Source of the DNA: Dehalococcoidia bacterium
GTDB lineage: Bacteria > Chloroflexota > Dehalococcoidia > UBA2979
Assembly: GCA_963667465.2 (NCBI GenBank)
Contig: CAXXDN010000001.1
Span: 256,001 to 320,000 of the forward strand
Length of the DNA stretch: 64,000 bases
Direction: 5' to 3'
The position numbers were made by a program, and so were the translations under genes. Shown piece by piece: positions 1 through 11,621 of the stretch (position 1 is its first letter; every line of letters begins with the position of its first letter). Under the pieces are notes generated by a model. It saw only the letters and a program-made list of their open reading frames with translations. It was not told where the DNA came from and did not search any database.

Positions 1-73
1 CGAGGGCGCGCGCCTTCGCGGGTACGTCGCGCAGATCCACGTTGCGCAGCGCGTGCCAGACGATCATGCCCAT
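1..73 (-). CDS. 5' end of a CDS running off the window, possibly an LLM-class oxidoreductase
   Basis: Manual translation MGMIVWHALRNVDLRDVPAKARAL..., open to the edge and co-oriented with the upstream LLM gene. Confidence 0.45.
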   Translation of the reverse strand, partial: MGMIVWHALRNVDLRDVPAKARAL

Positions 74-146
74 CGGATCACCGCCATCCTCGAATCAGCC
101 CGTTGCGCGCGGATTGTAGCGCCGGGGCGATGAGCCGGACGCGGTC

Positions 147-1268
147 CTAGTCGACGCCCTCGATGGAGTCGGCGTAGGAGAACGGGCCGATCGGCCCGTG
201 GTCGATCGCCAGCTTCGGGAGCACGTGCCCGGCCAGCAGCTCCAGCTGGTGCAGCAGGTTCCCCACCTGGTCGAGGTCGCCGTAGCGGTAGGCGCCGGGA
301 CGGATCGCGATGTGATCGACGCCTACGTCGTTCCAGGCGCGGATCGTCCGCACGAGGTCGTCGACGTGGACGACCGGATAGGTCGCCCTGTAGCTGCGCT
401 CGCCCTCCTTGACCAGCCCCCGGCCCACCTCGGCCACGTCCTCGTCGCGGCGATCGCTGATCTGGCACTGGATCGTGAGCGCGACGTAGGGCTTGCCGGT
501 GCGGCCGTAGCGATCCCAGTACTTCTGGATCTCTCGCAGATCGCGCTCCAGCCGCTGCGTGCCGGTCAGCTCCTCCGCGTCCCAGGGGAAGATGGGCTTG
601 CCATCGTAGATCGAAGGCTGCTCCCCGATCGGGCCGTAGCGGACCGCGGGCTCGTTGAGCGGACTGGTGCTCCCCGGCAGGTAGCCCTGGCAGTACTCCC
701 CGATGCGCCGGAACGGTCGCGGCCCGCGGCCCCCGTAGATGATCGGCGGGTGCGGCTCCTGCGAGGGCCGCACCATGATCGTCATCTCATCGAAGTTCAC
801 GTACGTGCCGTGGAAGCTCGCGACACGGTTCTTCCAGAGCGCGATCATGCACTTGAGGTACTCGTCGGTCATCGCCGTGCGCTCGTCGAACGGCTGGCCG
901 AGGGCAGCGGAGGCCTCGACGATATGTCCGGAGCCGGAGCCGATCAGCAGGCGGCCGTCCGTGAAGTGATCGATGCTCGCGATCACCTGAGCTTGCTGGA
1001 TCGGCGGGCGCCAGGGGATGACCACGATCGCCTGGCTGAAGTAGGGGTGATAGTCGATCGCGTTGCAGACTCCGGCGAAGTAGGCCGAGGCGGTCCACAC
1101 GTCCGTGGTTCCGGTGCCATAGCCCACGGCCTGCGTGGGCGTGAGGATGATGTGGTCGACGAGCCAGATCGACTGCAGGCGCAGCTCTTTGGCCATCGTC
1201 AGCACGCGGAACGCCGGCTCGCCCCGGAACCAGCGCGCGTACTGCGGAATCGCGAGGCCGATCTTCAT
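147..1268 (-). CDS. LLM-class flavin/F420-dependent oxidoreductase
   Basis: Start trimmed to MKIGLAIPQ behind a GGAGG RBS; SIWLVDH, DHFTDGRLLIGSGSG and PSQEPHPPIIYGG luciferase-like motifs. Confidence 0.85.
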   Translation of the reverse strand: MKIGLAIPQYARWFRGEPAFRVLTMAKELRLQSIWLVDHIILTPTQAVGYGTGTTDVWTASAYFAGVCNAIDYHPYFSQAIVVIPWRPPIQQAQVIASIDHFTDGRLLIGSGSGHIVEASAALGQPFDERTAMTDEYLKCMIALWKNRVASFHGTYVNFDEMTIMVRPSQEPHPPIIYGGRGPRPFRRIGEYCQGYLPGSTSPLNEPAVRYGPIGEQPSIYDGKPIFPWDAEELTGTQRLERDLREIQKYWDRYGRTGKPYVALTIQCQISDRRDEDVAEVGRGLVKEGERSYRATYPVVHVDDLVRTIRAWNDVGVDHIAIRPGAYRYGDLDQVGNLLHQLELLAGHVLPKLAIDHGPIGPFSYADSIEGVD

Positions 1269-1384
1269 CGTGTCGCCTCCTTGCCCGGCTGCGCTCGCCG
1301 GAGCGGTCGCCGCCGCAGGGTAGCGAACAGGGAGCCCGCGAGTCGCTGCCGAGGGCCCTCGATCGCCATCGCCGCCTCGCGCGA

Positions 1385-1413
1385 TTGACGGTCGCGGGCG
1401 TGGGGGCTTCAAT
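1385..1413 (+). promoter_or_regulatory. sigma70-like promoter for tRNA-Thr
   Basis: TTGACG-N17-TTCAAT ending 24 bp upstream of the tRNA. Confidence 0.55.
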
Positions 1414-1437
1414 GATTCACGGGCAGCCCCCGTCACA

Positions 1438-1512
1438 GCCGGTGTAGCTCAGAGGCAGAGCAGCTGTTTCGTAAACAGCAGGTCGAGGGTTCGAATCCCC
1501 CCGCCGGCTCCA
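1438..1512 (+). tRNA. tRNA-Thr(CGT)
   Basis: Cloverleaf: acceptor GCCGGTG/CGCCGGC, anticodon stem GCTGT/ACAGC with loop TTCGTAA, GGTTCGAATCC T-arm, encoded CCA. Confidence 0.97.
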
Positions 1513-1560
1513 GCTCCCACCCCCTGCGAAGCCCACCCGACCGCCTGACCTTCGCGCGCG

Positions 1561-2832
1561 CTACGCCTCGAGGGCGCCGCGACGCCGCTCCGCGCCCTGC
1601 GCCACGCCGAGCAGTAGTAGCGCCACCGCCACGCCGACGGCGGCCAGCACGACGAACGTCTCGCCGGTTCCCCAGCGCTCGCTGACGAAACCGGTGACGC
1701 TGCTCGCCAGCGAGCCGACACCGAAGACGAGCAGGAACCACACCCCGAACGAGCGCCCCACCATGCCCGGAGGCGCGTAGTCCGCGATCAGCCCGTTCAT
1801 GATCGGTTGCTGCGCCCAGCTGCAGATCGCGAACCCGGTCGCCGCCAGCAGCAGCCCCAGGCCGCCCGCGCCGCCCAGCGCGAAGAGGAAGAGCGGCGTC
1901 GCCAGCGCGTAGGGCAGGATCGCGCGTTCGAGCGGGAATCGATCGCTCAGCCAGCCGCCGGTGACGAGCCCGATCACCGCCAGCAGCAGCGCCAGCGAGG
2001 CCGTTGCCCCCGCGATCGCCTCCGCGTTCCAGCCGAAGAGGGAGCTGCCGAGCTCGCGCTCGAAGTGCACCGCGAGGAACGTCAGCGAGCCTCGGTAGAT
2101 GAAGCCCACGCCGACCGCCGCGGCGTAGAGCACGAGCAGCGGCCGCGTGAACCAGCCGCCGGGCGGGGGCGGCGTTGTGCGGCGGCGGGCGGGCGGCGTC
2201 GCCTGCGCGGCGCGGCCCGACTCGGCCGCGGCCAGCTTCGCCGTCTCGTAGTCCGGCGAGATCTGCCAGATCACGACCGCGACGCCGGCGGCCAGCGCGG
2301 CGAAGGCCACGTAGGCCACGCGCCAGTCGGTCGCGATCGCGATGCCGATCGCCACGCCCGGCGCGAAGGCGATGCCGACGATGCCGGCCACGCCGTGCGT
2401 GGCGAGCGCGACTCCCCGGCGGCTCGCCACGGTCGCGACCATCGAGATGCCGGCCGGGTGGTAGAGCCCGATGCCCGCGCCGAGCAGCGTGAGCGAGGCC
2501 GCGAGCAGCCAGAGGTTCGGCGAGAGCGCGACGATCAGCGCGAACGCCGCCGCACTGCCCAGCGAGAGCGTCATCACCGCCCGCGGCCCGTAGCGATCGA
2601 CGAGCCAGCCCGAGGGGAGCGCGAAGATGCCGAAGGTCAGCGTGCCGGCGTTGCCGACGGCCCCGAGCATCGCGAGGTCCGCCCCGAACTCGAAGCCGAT
2701 CCGCACCAGCAGCGCGGCGTAGACCAGCTCGAGCGCGTGCGTCCCCGCGTGCGCCAGCGAGGTCGACACGATCACGCGCCGCTCGAGACTGGCCCGTTCC
2801 TCCGACCCCAGTGCGCCGGCCATCGCCGTCAT
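1561..2832 (-). CDS. MFS transporter
   Basis: About 12 hydrophobic segments; MFS motif A GWLVDRYGPR and GWLSDRFP. Confidence 0.9.
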   Translation of the reverse strand: MTAMAGALGSEERASLERRVIVSTSLAHAGTHALELVYAALLVRIGFEFGADLAMLGAVGNAGTLTFGIFALPSGWLVDRYGPRAVMTLSLGSAAAFALIVALSPNLWLLAASLTLLGAGIGLYHPAGISMVATVASRRGVALATHGVAGIVGIAFAPGVAIGIAIATDWRVAYVAFAALAAGVAVVIWQISPDYETAKLAAAESGRAAQATPPARRRTTPPPPGGWFTRPLLVLYAAAVGVGFIYRGSLTFLAVHFERELGSSLFGWNAEAIAGATASLALLLAVIGLVTGGWLSDRFPLERAILPYALATPLFLFALGGAGGLGLLLAATGFAICSWAQQPIMNGLIADYAPPGMVGRSFGVWFLLVFGVGSLASSVTGFVSERWGTGETFVVLAAVGVAVALLLLGVAQGAERRRGALEA

Positions 2833-2989
2833 CGGTGCCGCCGTCTCCCGCGCCGGGGAGCATATCCGCCGGGCCCGCTCAGCCGCGAGGTTGCGCCCGG
2901 CCCGATCCTGCGGCGAGGATCACCGCCAGGCCACGCTCACGCCTCGTGGCCTCCGACACCGCAGCCTCCGGAGGGAGAGCCGCCACGCC

Positions 2990-3727
2990 ATGAGCAAGCT
3001 CCGCGACCGCATCCGCCGCACCTTCCAGCGCCGCCCCGGCCCGCTCGGCTTCGCGCCGCGCAGCCGCCAGGCCGACGAGCACCGCTATGTGATCGTGATC
3101 GCCGAGGTCGACGGCCTCGATGCCGCCTCGGCCGCTGCCGAAGCAGGCGCCGACGCGCTGCTGCATGCGGGCGGACGCGACGGCATCGAGGCCGTCGTCG
3201 AGGCCGCGGGCGACCGGCCAGTGGGCGCACGCCTCGAGGCTGCGACCGCGGGCGACGCCGACACGCTGATCGAGGCGGGCGTGGACTTCCTCCTCTTCGA
3301 CGACGCGCGGACCGAGGCAGCCGCGCTGCTGCGCGACGAGCTCGGCCACGTCGCGCTGCTCAGCGACGCTGACGCCTCCGAGGAGGACTTGCGCCTGCTC
3401 CAGCCGCTCGACCTCGATGCGCTGCTGATTCCCGGTAGCGCCGGCGCGCTCAGCGTGCGCGATCAGCTCCGGACGCGCCGCATCGCCGAGCTGACGCGCA
3501 AGCCGCTGATCGTCCCGGTCGCCGCCGCGGTCTCCACCGCGGAGCTGCGCATCTGGCGCGACGCCGGGGCGCCGGTCGCCCTTGCCGCGGGCGGCGCGGC
3601 GGACCTCGAGGCGATCGTCGCAGCGGCGCGCGAGGTGCCGGCGCCGCGCGAGCGCCGCGAGGAGCGCCCGGACCCGCTGCTGCCCACGTCCGCCGCTCCC
3701 GCCGACGACTTCGACGAGGATGACTAG
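2990..3727 (+). CDS. Hypothetical protein, probable TIM-barrel-like fold with acidic tail
   Basis: ATG MSKLRDRI after GGAG; alternating beta/alpha pattern (EAGADALL, EAGVDFLLF); host-like codon usage. Confidence 0.7.
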   Translation: MSKLRDRIRRTFQRRPGPLGFAPRSRQADEHRYVIVIAEVDGLDAASAAAEAGADALLHAGGRDGIEAVVEAAGDRPVGARLEAATAGDADTLIEAGVDFLLFDDARTEAAALLRDELGHVALLSDADASEEDLRLLQPLDLDALLIPGSAGALSVRDQLRTRRIAELTRKPLIVPVAAAVSTAELRIWRDAGAPVALAAGGAADLEAIVAAAREVPAPRERREERPDPLLPTSAAPADDFDEDD

Positions 3728-3798
3728 CGCGGCCGCCCCCCGGACCACCTCTCTCCCGAGAGAACGGGGCGCGGCCGGGGATAGGATAGAATCCGTAA

Positions 3799-5991
<2,193 letters not shown>

Positions 5992-6057
5992 GCGCCAGCG
6001 AGGGCGCTCATCGCGCTTATCGGGGGGGCTCGCGCCGCCGGCGTCCGGTGACACCGC

Positions 6058-6087
6058 GCGCGAGCCGCCCGCGCGGGCGGCTCGCGC
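6058..6087. terminator. Perfect 30-bp palindrome between convergent katG and peroxiredoxin (candidate bidirectional terminator or REP)
   Basis: GCGCGAGCCGCCCGCGCGGGCGGCTCGCGC; a second hairpin TGAGCGCC..GGCGCTCA at 5989-6010; no clear U-tract. Confidence 0.5.
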
Positions 6088-6549
6088 CTACTGGGTGTCG
6101 GCGATCGCCTTGACCGCGTCGAAGGCGCCGTCGGGGTGGGCTTCCATGTCGCCCTGGTCGTCGATCACCGTGCGCAGCACGCCCTCGGCGTCGAAGACGA
6201 AGGTGGCGCGCAGCGCCGTCGGGCCCTGATCGCGCCCGACACCGAAGGTCTCGATCGTGCGGTTCGAGGGCCAGTCCGAGAGCAGCGGGAACTCGGCGCC
6301 GATCTCGCGGGCGAACGCGCCCTGCGTCGCCCATGTGTCGGAACTGACGCCCACCACGTGGGCGTTCATGGCCTTCAGCTCGCGGTAGCGCCGCTGAAAG
6401 CCCTCCAGCTCGCGCGTTCAGCCGCCGGTGAAGGACATCGGGTAGAACGCGATGACCGCGATCGCCCCTCGCAGCTGTTCGTCGGTGAACTTCTCGCGCT
6501 CGGGGTCGCGCAGCGAGAACTCGGGCATCGAATCGCCTGGCTGCAGCAT
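6088..6549 (-). CDS. Peroxiredoxin (AhpC/TSA, BCP-like) with in-frame UGA, probable selenocysteine
   Basis: GGAGG RBS + ATG 6549; MLQPGDSMPEFSL...AFYPMSFTGG-[TGA 6420-6418]-TRELEGF...VVGVSSD...FPLLSD...RATFVFD; UGA at the peroxidatic Cys position. Confidence 0.88.
6388..6415 (-). promoter_or_regulatory. Candidate bacterial SECIS hairpin immediately 3' of the UGA
   Basis: Minus strand GCGC-GA-GCTGGA-GGGCT-TTCAGC-G-GCGC starting 2 nt after the UGA, G-rich apical loop. Confidence 0.6.
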
Positions 6550-6600
6550 GGTTCCTCCAGTGCCCCCGGTACCGCCGCCCCGGGCGCGGGGTGCGACGGG

Positions 6601-6900
6601 CTAGTGCGAATCCTCGTCGTGGTCGTCGCCGGCCATCTCGCCCTCGGACAGCGCCCCGTGGGAGAGCTGATAGTCCCAGTGCAGGCCGCGCTGACGGCGG
6701 TAGAGGTAGCCGATGGCGGCCAGCACCATCATCGCGGCGAGCGCGAGGCCGACCAGCAGCAGCGCCGTCGCCATGTCTGCGGGCGGGTCGAGCGCGGGAT
6801 CGGGATGGTCCGCCGCGGCCATCGAGGGCAGCAGCGCCGCCAGCACGCCCGCGGCGATCCCGCCCGCCACGCCGCAACTTCGTCGCGTCAGCCGTCGCAC
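6601..6900 (-). CDS. Small membrane protein (signal peptide plus one TM helix)
   Basis: GGAGG then GTG; basic N-terminus, hydrophobic stretch, AxA site; TM helix followed by YLYRRQR; upstream of and co-oriented with the Prx. Confidence 0.65.
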   Translation of the reverse strand: MRRLTRRSCGVAGGIAAGVLAALLPSMAAADHPDPALDPPADMATALLLVGLALAAMMVLAAIGYLYRRQRGLHWDYQLSHGALSEGEMAGDDHDEDSH

Positions 6901-7040
6901 GCCCACCTCCGACTCAACCTCCGGCCGGACCGCGCTGGCGGGTCCGGCGCACGTCGCCGCTCGCCCGGCAGTCTACCACCGGCAGCCGTTGCGTCAGCGG
7001 CGCGGCGGGCCACGTTGGGTGCGTCCTCGATTGCCGCTGA

Positions 7041-7274
7041 CCGCTGGAGACGCTCCCCACCCAGGACATCACAGTGGGGCTGTTCCACAGGGCAACCCGG
7101 ATCAAGGCGAGGTTCGGCGTCTCCTGCCGGGACGCCGCTATCCTCGCGGCGGCGAAGCTGCTGGGCTGCGCGGCCGTCTACTCGGAGGACCTCAGCCATG
7201 AGCAGGATTATGACGGGGTCTTGGTGATCAACCCCTTCGTGGAGGGACGGCGGGCAGAGGAACCACCCACCTGA
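7041..7274 (+). pseudogene. C-terminal fragment of a PIN/VapC toxin
   Basis: RFGVSCRDAAILAAAKLLGCAAVYSEDLSHEQDYDGVLVINPF is a typical PIN C-half; in-frame stop just upstream, no N-terminal acidic motif, no antitoxin. Confidence 0.7.
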
Positions 7275-7406
7275 TCAGCCCGAACACACCCGCAGGGCGG
7301 GGGCGCCCTGCGCTCAGACACCTCCCGCTGCGCAGCCGAATCGGGAACCGTCCACGGCTCGCAGACGTAGTATCTGTAAGCGGAGAGCGCCACGAAGCGA
7401 GGGCCG

Positions 7407-10265
7407 ATGTCCCGGGTAGTCGAACGTCTGCGGGCCTGCAATCGGCAATGTGGCCCTCCCGCCGCGTTGCGCGTGCTCGGATCGCTCGCTGTCGCGGGCA
7501 TTCTCCTGGCGGCGACCGCGGGTACGGCGCAAGCCGCCGACTCGGTGCGCGTGGGGGTGTTGGTCTGGCAGCACGCCGGGAACGCAAGCGACATCCGCGT
7601 CGGCGCCGGCCCCGCAGACGGCTCGTGGCCCGCGCCGGAGTTGATCTCGCTGCCGCTCGACGCCGGGGTGAGCTCGAGCGGGCGCTACCGGTACGGGGAC
7701 ATCGCCATCGAGGTGCAGTGGCGCATCGGGGCGACGCCCGTGACCGTCGAAGTCCGCGTCTGGCAGCACGTCGAGGACGAGGGCAACCTCCATATCAGCG
7801 CGCGCGGCTCGCTGGGCTCGTGGCGCACGCTGGGCACTGTCCCGCTCGCGCTCGCTGGCGCTACCGGTTCTTCCGTCTACCGCACGGGTGGCGTCACGAT
7901 CGAGGCTCCGCTGCCGAAGGGCGAGACGGGAGCGCCGCGCCGCTACCGCCTCGACCCGGCGGGGAACGCAGCCGAGCCGGGGAGCTACGCCTTCCTGACA
8001 GCCCCGCTCGCCACGGAGATCACGACCTACGAGGGGCTGCGTGAAGACGCCGCCAGCTTGGTCATCGAAGTCGACGAGCACGGGGAGGCGACCTACACGT
8101 TCTACACGGCGCCCCGCGCCTCCGTGATCACCACGTTCGAGGGGCTGCGCCGCGACGCCGCCACGCTGCGCCTCAACGCCACGGCCGCGGACGGGGCCTC
8201 CTCGGAAGGCCTCTTCGGCGCAGTGGAGGCGGGTCACCTGATCGAGTGGTTCCACGCCCGCGACTGCTTCGTGCGCTACCGCGTCACCTCGGTCGCCGAG
8301 GCCGAGGCGGACGCGCCGTACCGGGAGTTCGGTGTGCGCCCGGAGACGTATGTGTTCCAGGGCTGCCAGTCGGGATCGCTGCCTGCGGACGGGACCACTG
8401 CGGCGTTCAGTGCAGCCAGGGAGCTGCCGCTGGAGCACCTCGGCGGGACGCGGCTGTCTTCATCCCATGCGGTAGTGCACGGCGTCTGGGAACTCTACTC
8501 GAGCGGAAGCGTCGCGCACGAGGCGGACGTGCTGATCCCGGAGGGTTCGCCGGCGCATATTCCGCCCGAGTTCGCGAACACCGGCACCATCACGAGCGTC
8601 ACGGATGCGCGGAAGTTCCCGTACTGGCGCGAGCCAACCCTTCCTTCCGGCTGGCGGTTCCACAGGCTCTATGTCGGTGGCGGCGGCGACCTCCCACCCG
8701 GCTACGAGGCGCACTTTGCCAACGCCGCTGGGCACATGGCCCTGGAGATCAGGGGGGAGCATGTCGTTGGCTGGCCCCTCCCCTGGGGGGCCACATGGCT
8801 TACGAACGTCGGCAAGCGCATCGTGCGGGAGCTTCGCACAGTCGCGAACCGCCCCTCGGTTGTGATGTATAGCCCTGACGGGCCGCAGCAGGCCAAATTG
8901 TTCTGGGCCCGTGTCGACATCTACGACGCGGCCACGGAAACCGTCTACATCGTGATCGGGTCCGCGCGCATGGGCGGAGGGCCAGCCGGGGTTGAGCGCG
9001 TACTCACCATCGCGCGTTCGCTGTTTGAGAGGCCCGCGCCTACCGTGACCCCGACGACCTACGCGCTGACGCTCTCGACCGGGACAGGTGGAAGCCTGAG
9101 TGCGGACCCCGCGGGGGAGAGCCACGCTGCCGGTGCAGTCGTCACGGTCACGGCGACCGCCGCTGATGGGTACAAGTTCTCCTCGTGGGGCGATGACTGC
9201 GCTGGCACGCCCACTACCTCGACGACTTGCTCACTCACGATGGACGCGGACCGCAAAGCGAGCGCTTCGTTCGCCACGCACACCGGACCCACCACGCTCC
9301 GCTACTCGACCTACGACACGACCGGCGCTGTGACGGCGGCGGGCAGCTACGCCTTCCTCGCGAACGGGGGCGGCGCGCAGGCAGGCGCAGAGCGCGCGTC
9401 GGCTGGCGCAACCGCGACGGTGCTGACGACCTACGAGGGCTGGCGCGAGGAGGCAGACACGCTGCGCATCCACGTCACCGACGGCTCGGGCGTCTCACGC
9501 GCGAGCTTCTACGGCACGGTCGAGGTCGGCGACACGTTCGAGTGGCGGGAGGCGAGCGATTGCTGGGTGCGCTACCTCGTAACCGCTGTCAAGCCGGGAA
9601 CCTCGCCGCGTGAGTTCGCGATCTGGCCCTACTCGTACACGTACACCGGCTGTAGCGGGACCGTCGGCGGCGGCTCTCAGGGCGACTCGGCTCGGGACGG
9701 CGCGCAGTCATCCTCCACGCGGGCGGTGCGCGACTTCACATGGAAGCCCGAGAAGCTAAAGACGGGTACCTTCACCTCGCCGACGTGGCACGGCCCGTGG
9801 CTACTCATCCCCGCCAACTGGACCGGGCCAATTCCTCAAACGGTACTCTTCACGCCTCCTGCGATTACTTGGCCGCCCGATCCCATCCCCGGCCCGGACC
9901 TCGGCACTGGCTGGAGCGGCGGCATTACGCCCGGCTATCCGCCAAGTGAACTCGAAGGCTGGTACTCGCATACCGATGGGGGGCGGCTGATCATCTACAT
10001 CTTCCAGTTCGGCCGCTGGCCGTTCGATGTCTACCGCCTTGCCGCCAGCCCGAGCGCCGCAGGGGTGATTCACGAATTTGGGCTCATCGACGGGCGCTAC
10101 GCTGTCGTGTCGTACGACCGCGTCAAGACCGGCATCTCGGAGGCCCAGGTTGCTATCTACGACGATGCGACAGGCCTCATGTACAGCGCCATCGGCGGTC
10201 CCCTCTCGCGGAACAACGACCCTGAGCCGACAATCAATCTGCTCCAGAAGTTCATCCTGCCGTGA
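7407..10265 (+). CDS. Large secreted modular protein with internal repeats and an InlB-B-repeat-like domain
   Basis: Signal peptide ending AQA-A; two VWQH repeats; duplicated A and B modules; YALTLSTGTGGSL...VTVTATAADGYKFSSWGDDC...CSLTMDADRKASASF. Confidence 0.8.
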   Translation: MSRVVERLRACNRQCGPPAALRVLGSLAVAGILLAATAGTAQAADSVRVGVLVWQHAGNASDIRVGAGPADGSWPAPELISLPLDAGVSSSGRYRYGDIAIEVQWRIGATPVTVEVRVWQHVEDEGNLHISARGSLGSWRTLGTVPLALAGATGSSVYRTGGVTIEAPLPKGETGAPRRYRLDPAGNAAEPGSYAFLTAPLATEITTYEGLREDAASLVIEVDEHGEATYTFYTAPRASVITTFEGLRRDAATLRLNATAADGASSEGLFGAVEAGHLIEWFHARDCFVRYRVTSVAEAEADAPYREFGVRPETYVFQGCQSGSLPADGTTAAFSAARELPLEHLGGTRLSSSHAVVHGVWELYSSGSVAHEADVLIPEGSPAHIPPEFANTGTITSVTDARKFPYWREPTLPSGWRFHRLYVGGGGDLPPGYEAHFANAAGHMALEIRGEHVVGWPLPWGATWLTNVGKRIVRELRTVANRPSVVMYSPDGPQQAKLFWARVDIYDAATETVYIVIGSARMGGGPAGVERVLTIARSLFERPAPTVTPTTYALTLSTGTGGSLSADPAGESHAAGAVVTVTATAADGYKFSSWGDDCAGTPTTSTTCSLTMDADRKASASFATHTGPTTLRYSTYDTTGAVTAAGSYAFLANGGGAQAGAERASAGATATVLTTYEGWREEADTLRIHVTDGSGVSRASFYGTVEVGDTFEWREASDCWVRYLVTAVKPGTSPREFAIWPYSYTYTGCSGTVGGGSQGDSARDGAQSSSTRAVRDFTWKPEKLKTGTFTSPTWHGPWLLIPANWTGPIPQTVLFTPPAITWPPDPIPGPDLGTGWSGGITPGYPPSELEGWYSHTDGGRLIIYIFQFGRWPFDVYRLAASPSAAGVIHEFGLIDGRYAVVSYDRVKTGISEAQVAIYDDATGLMYSAIGGPLSRNNDPEPTINLLQKFILP

Positions 10266-10579
10266 GTCGGCTACCTGTCGTGCGACCCATCGCCGCCGCG
10301 GACCTCTACCGCGCGAGTTTCGATCCAGACAGGCCGGCGAGGCTTGCAGACCCGCGGACATTCGTGGATCGAGCGGTGCTGGCGCGCGCTCTCCGATAGC
10401 GGCCTGAGAGCGGGCCAGGTCGAGCCGCTAGCGAGTTGAGCGCGAGCGCCTTGCGAGGGCCGCGGCGCCGAGGCTGACCGTTTCGCCCGCGCGGCGTCCG
10501 CTGGCCGGCGGTTCGGTAACACGGTTCTGATGCACACGCCGGGATCTCGCTCACAGGTCCAACACTGCAATCCGCTCGA

Positions 10580-10609
10580 TTGCCGCTCCGGCGAACCGAG
10601 CCATATACT
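10580..10609 (+). promoter_or_regulatory. sigma70-like promoter for the rpmH operon
   Basis: TTGCCG-N18-TATACT about 100 bp upstream of rpmH. Confidence 0.55.
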
Positions 10610-10710
10610 CCCCGGACACTCACTTCGGCGGCCACCAACTTGCCGCACCGCACGATCGACCGTGCGATCGACCTCGCGACCAACCGCCGCGACACCGGAC
10701 GGAGTTTCAC

Positions 10711-10848
10711 GTGCCGAAGCGAACCTGGCAGCCCAAGCGAATCCCGAGGAAGCGTAAACACGGCTTCCGCGCGCGAATGGCGACCCGGGGCGGTCGCCAG
10801 GTGCTCAAGCGCCGCCGCGCCCGCGGCCGCGCCCGTCTCGCGGTTTAG
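10711..10848 (+). CDS. rpmH: 50S ribosomal protein L34
   Basis: Manual translation [45 protein letters not shown] (absent from the ORF track). Confidence 0.97.
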   Translation: MPKRTWQPKRIPRKRKHGFRARMATRGGRQVLKRRRARGRARLAV

Positions 10849-10859
10849 CGCGAGGCCCC

Positions 10860-11285
10860 GTGGGCCGGTCCCGACTCCAGGACGCACCGGATGCACCGGC
10901 CGCAGCGCAGGGCGCCATTCCTTGCGAGCGCCTGCGCCAGCGGCGCGACTTCGAGGCGCTCGCCCGTGGCAGGGCGGCCGCGCCGCCGGTGCGCCACCGA
11001 CTGCTGACGCTGCGCTCACGACCGAACGGCCTCGAGCAGTGCCGCGTCGGCTTCGCCGTGGGGCGGCCGGTGGGCGGCGCGGTGGTGCGCAATCGCGTGA
11101 AGCGGCGGCTACGCGAGATCGTGCGCACGCTGCCGCTCGCGCGCGGCCACGACATCGTGGTCGCCGCCCGGCCGGCGAGCCGCACGGCGAGCTTCGAGGA
11201 GCTGCATTACGCCCTCGCAAGCTGCGCGAGGCGCGCCGGCCTGGCCGGGCGCGCATCCGGCGAAAGGACGCCAGGCCGGTGCTGA
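10860..11285 (+). CDS. rnpA: Ribonuclease P protein component
   Basis: [28 protein letters not shown] motif; synteny with rpmH. Confidence 0.93.
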   Translation: MGRSRLQDAPDAPAAAQGAIPCERLRQRRDFEALARGRAAAPPVRHRLLTLRSRPNGLEQCRVGFAVGRPVGGAVVRNRVKRRLREIVRTLPLARGHDIVVAARPASRTASFEELHYALASCARRAGLAGRASGERTPGRC

Positions 11286-11593
11286 AGAGGCCGGTGCTGA
11301 AGCCGACACGCCCGCTGCTGCTGCTGATTCGCGGCTACCAGCGGGCGATCTCGCCGCTGCTGCCGCCCGCCTGCCGCTACGCGCCGACCTGCTCGCAATA
11401 CGCCCTCGAGGCGATCGAGGCGCACGGCGCGCTGCGCGGCGTCTGGCTGGCGCTGAGGCGGCTGAGCCGCTGCCATCCGGGCCGCACGGGCGGCTACGAC
11501 CCGGTGCCGGGCGTAGGCGGACGCCACGACGGCGGAAGCGCGGAGCCGCCGGGTGACGCAACTGCAAGCGAGCATATACACAACTATGCATAA
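11279..11593 (+). CDS. yidD: Membrane protein insertion efficiency factor
   Basis: [26 protein letters not shown]...RCHP...GGYDPVP; start may be 11294. Confidence 0.93.
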   Translation: MLKRPVLKPTRPLLLLIRGYQRAISPLLPPACRYAPTCSQYALEAIEAHGALRGVWLALRRLSRCHPGRTGGYDPVPGVGGRHDGGSAEPPGDATASEHIHNYA

Positions 11594-11621
11594 CTACGTT
11601 ATCGGAGGAGCTTTACACATT

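Noticed and set aside
10704-10713. Half-parS GTTTCACGTG at the rpmH start
   Set aside because: Right arm does not match (CCGAAG); explained by RBS spacing plus the GTG start
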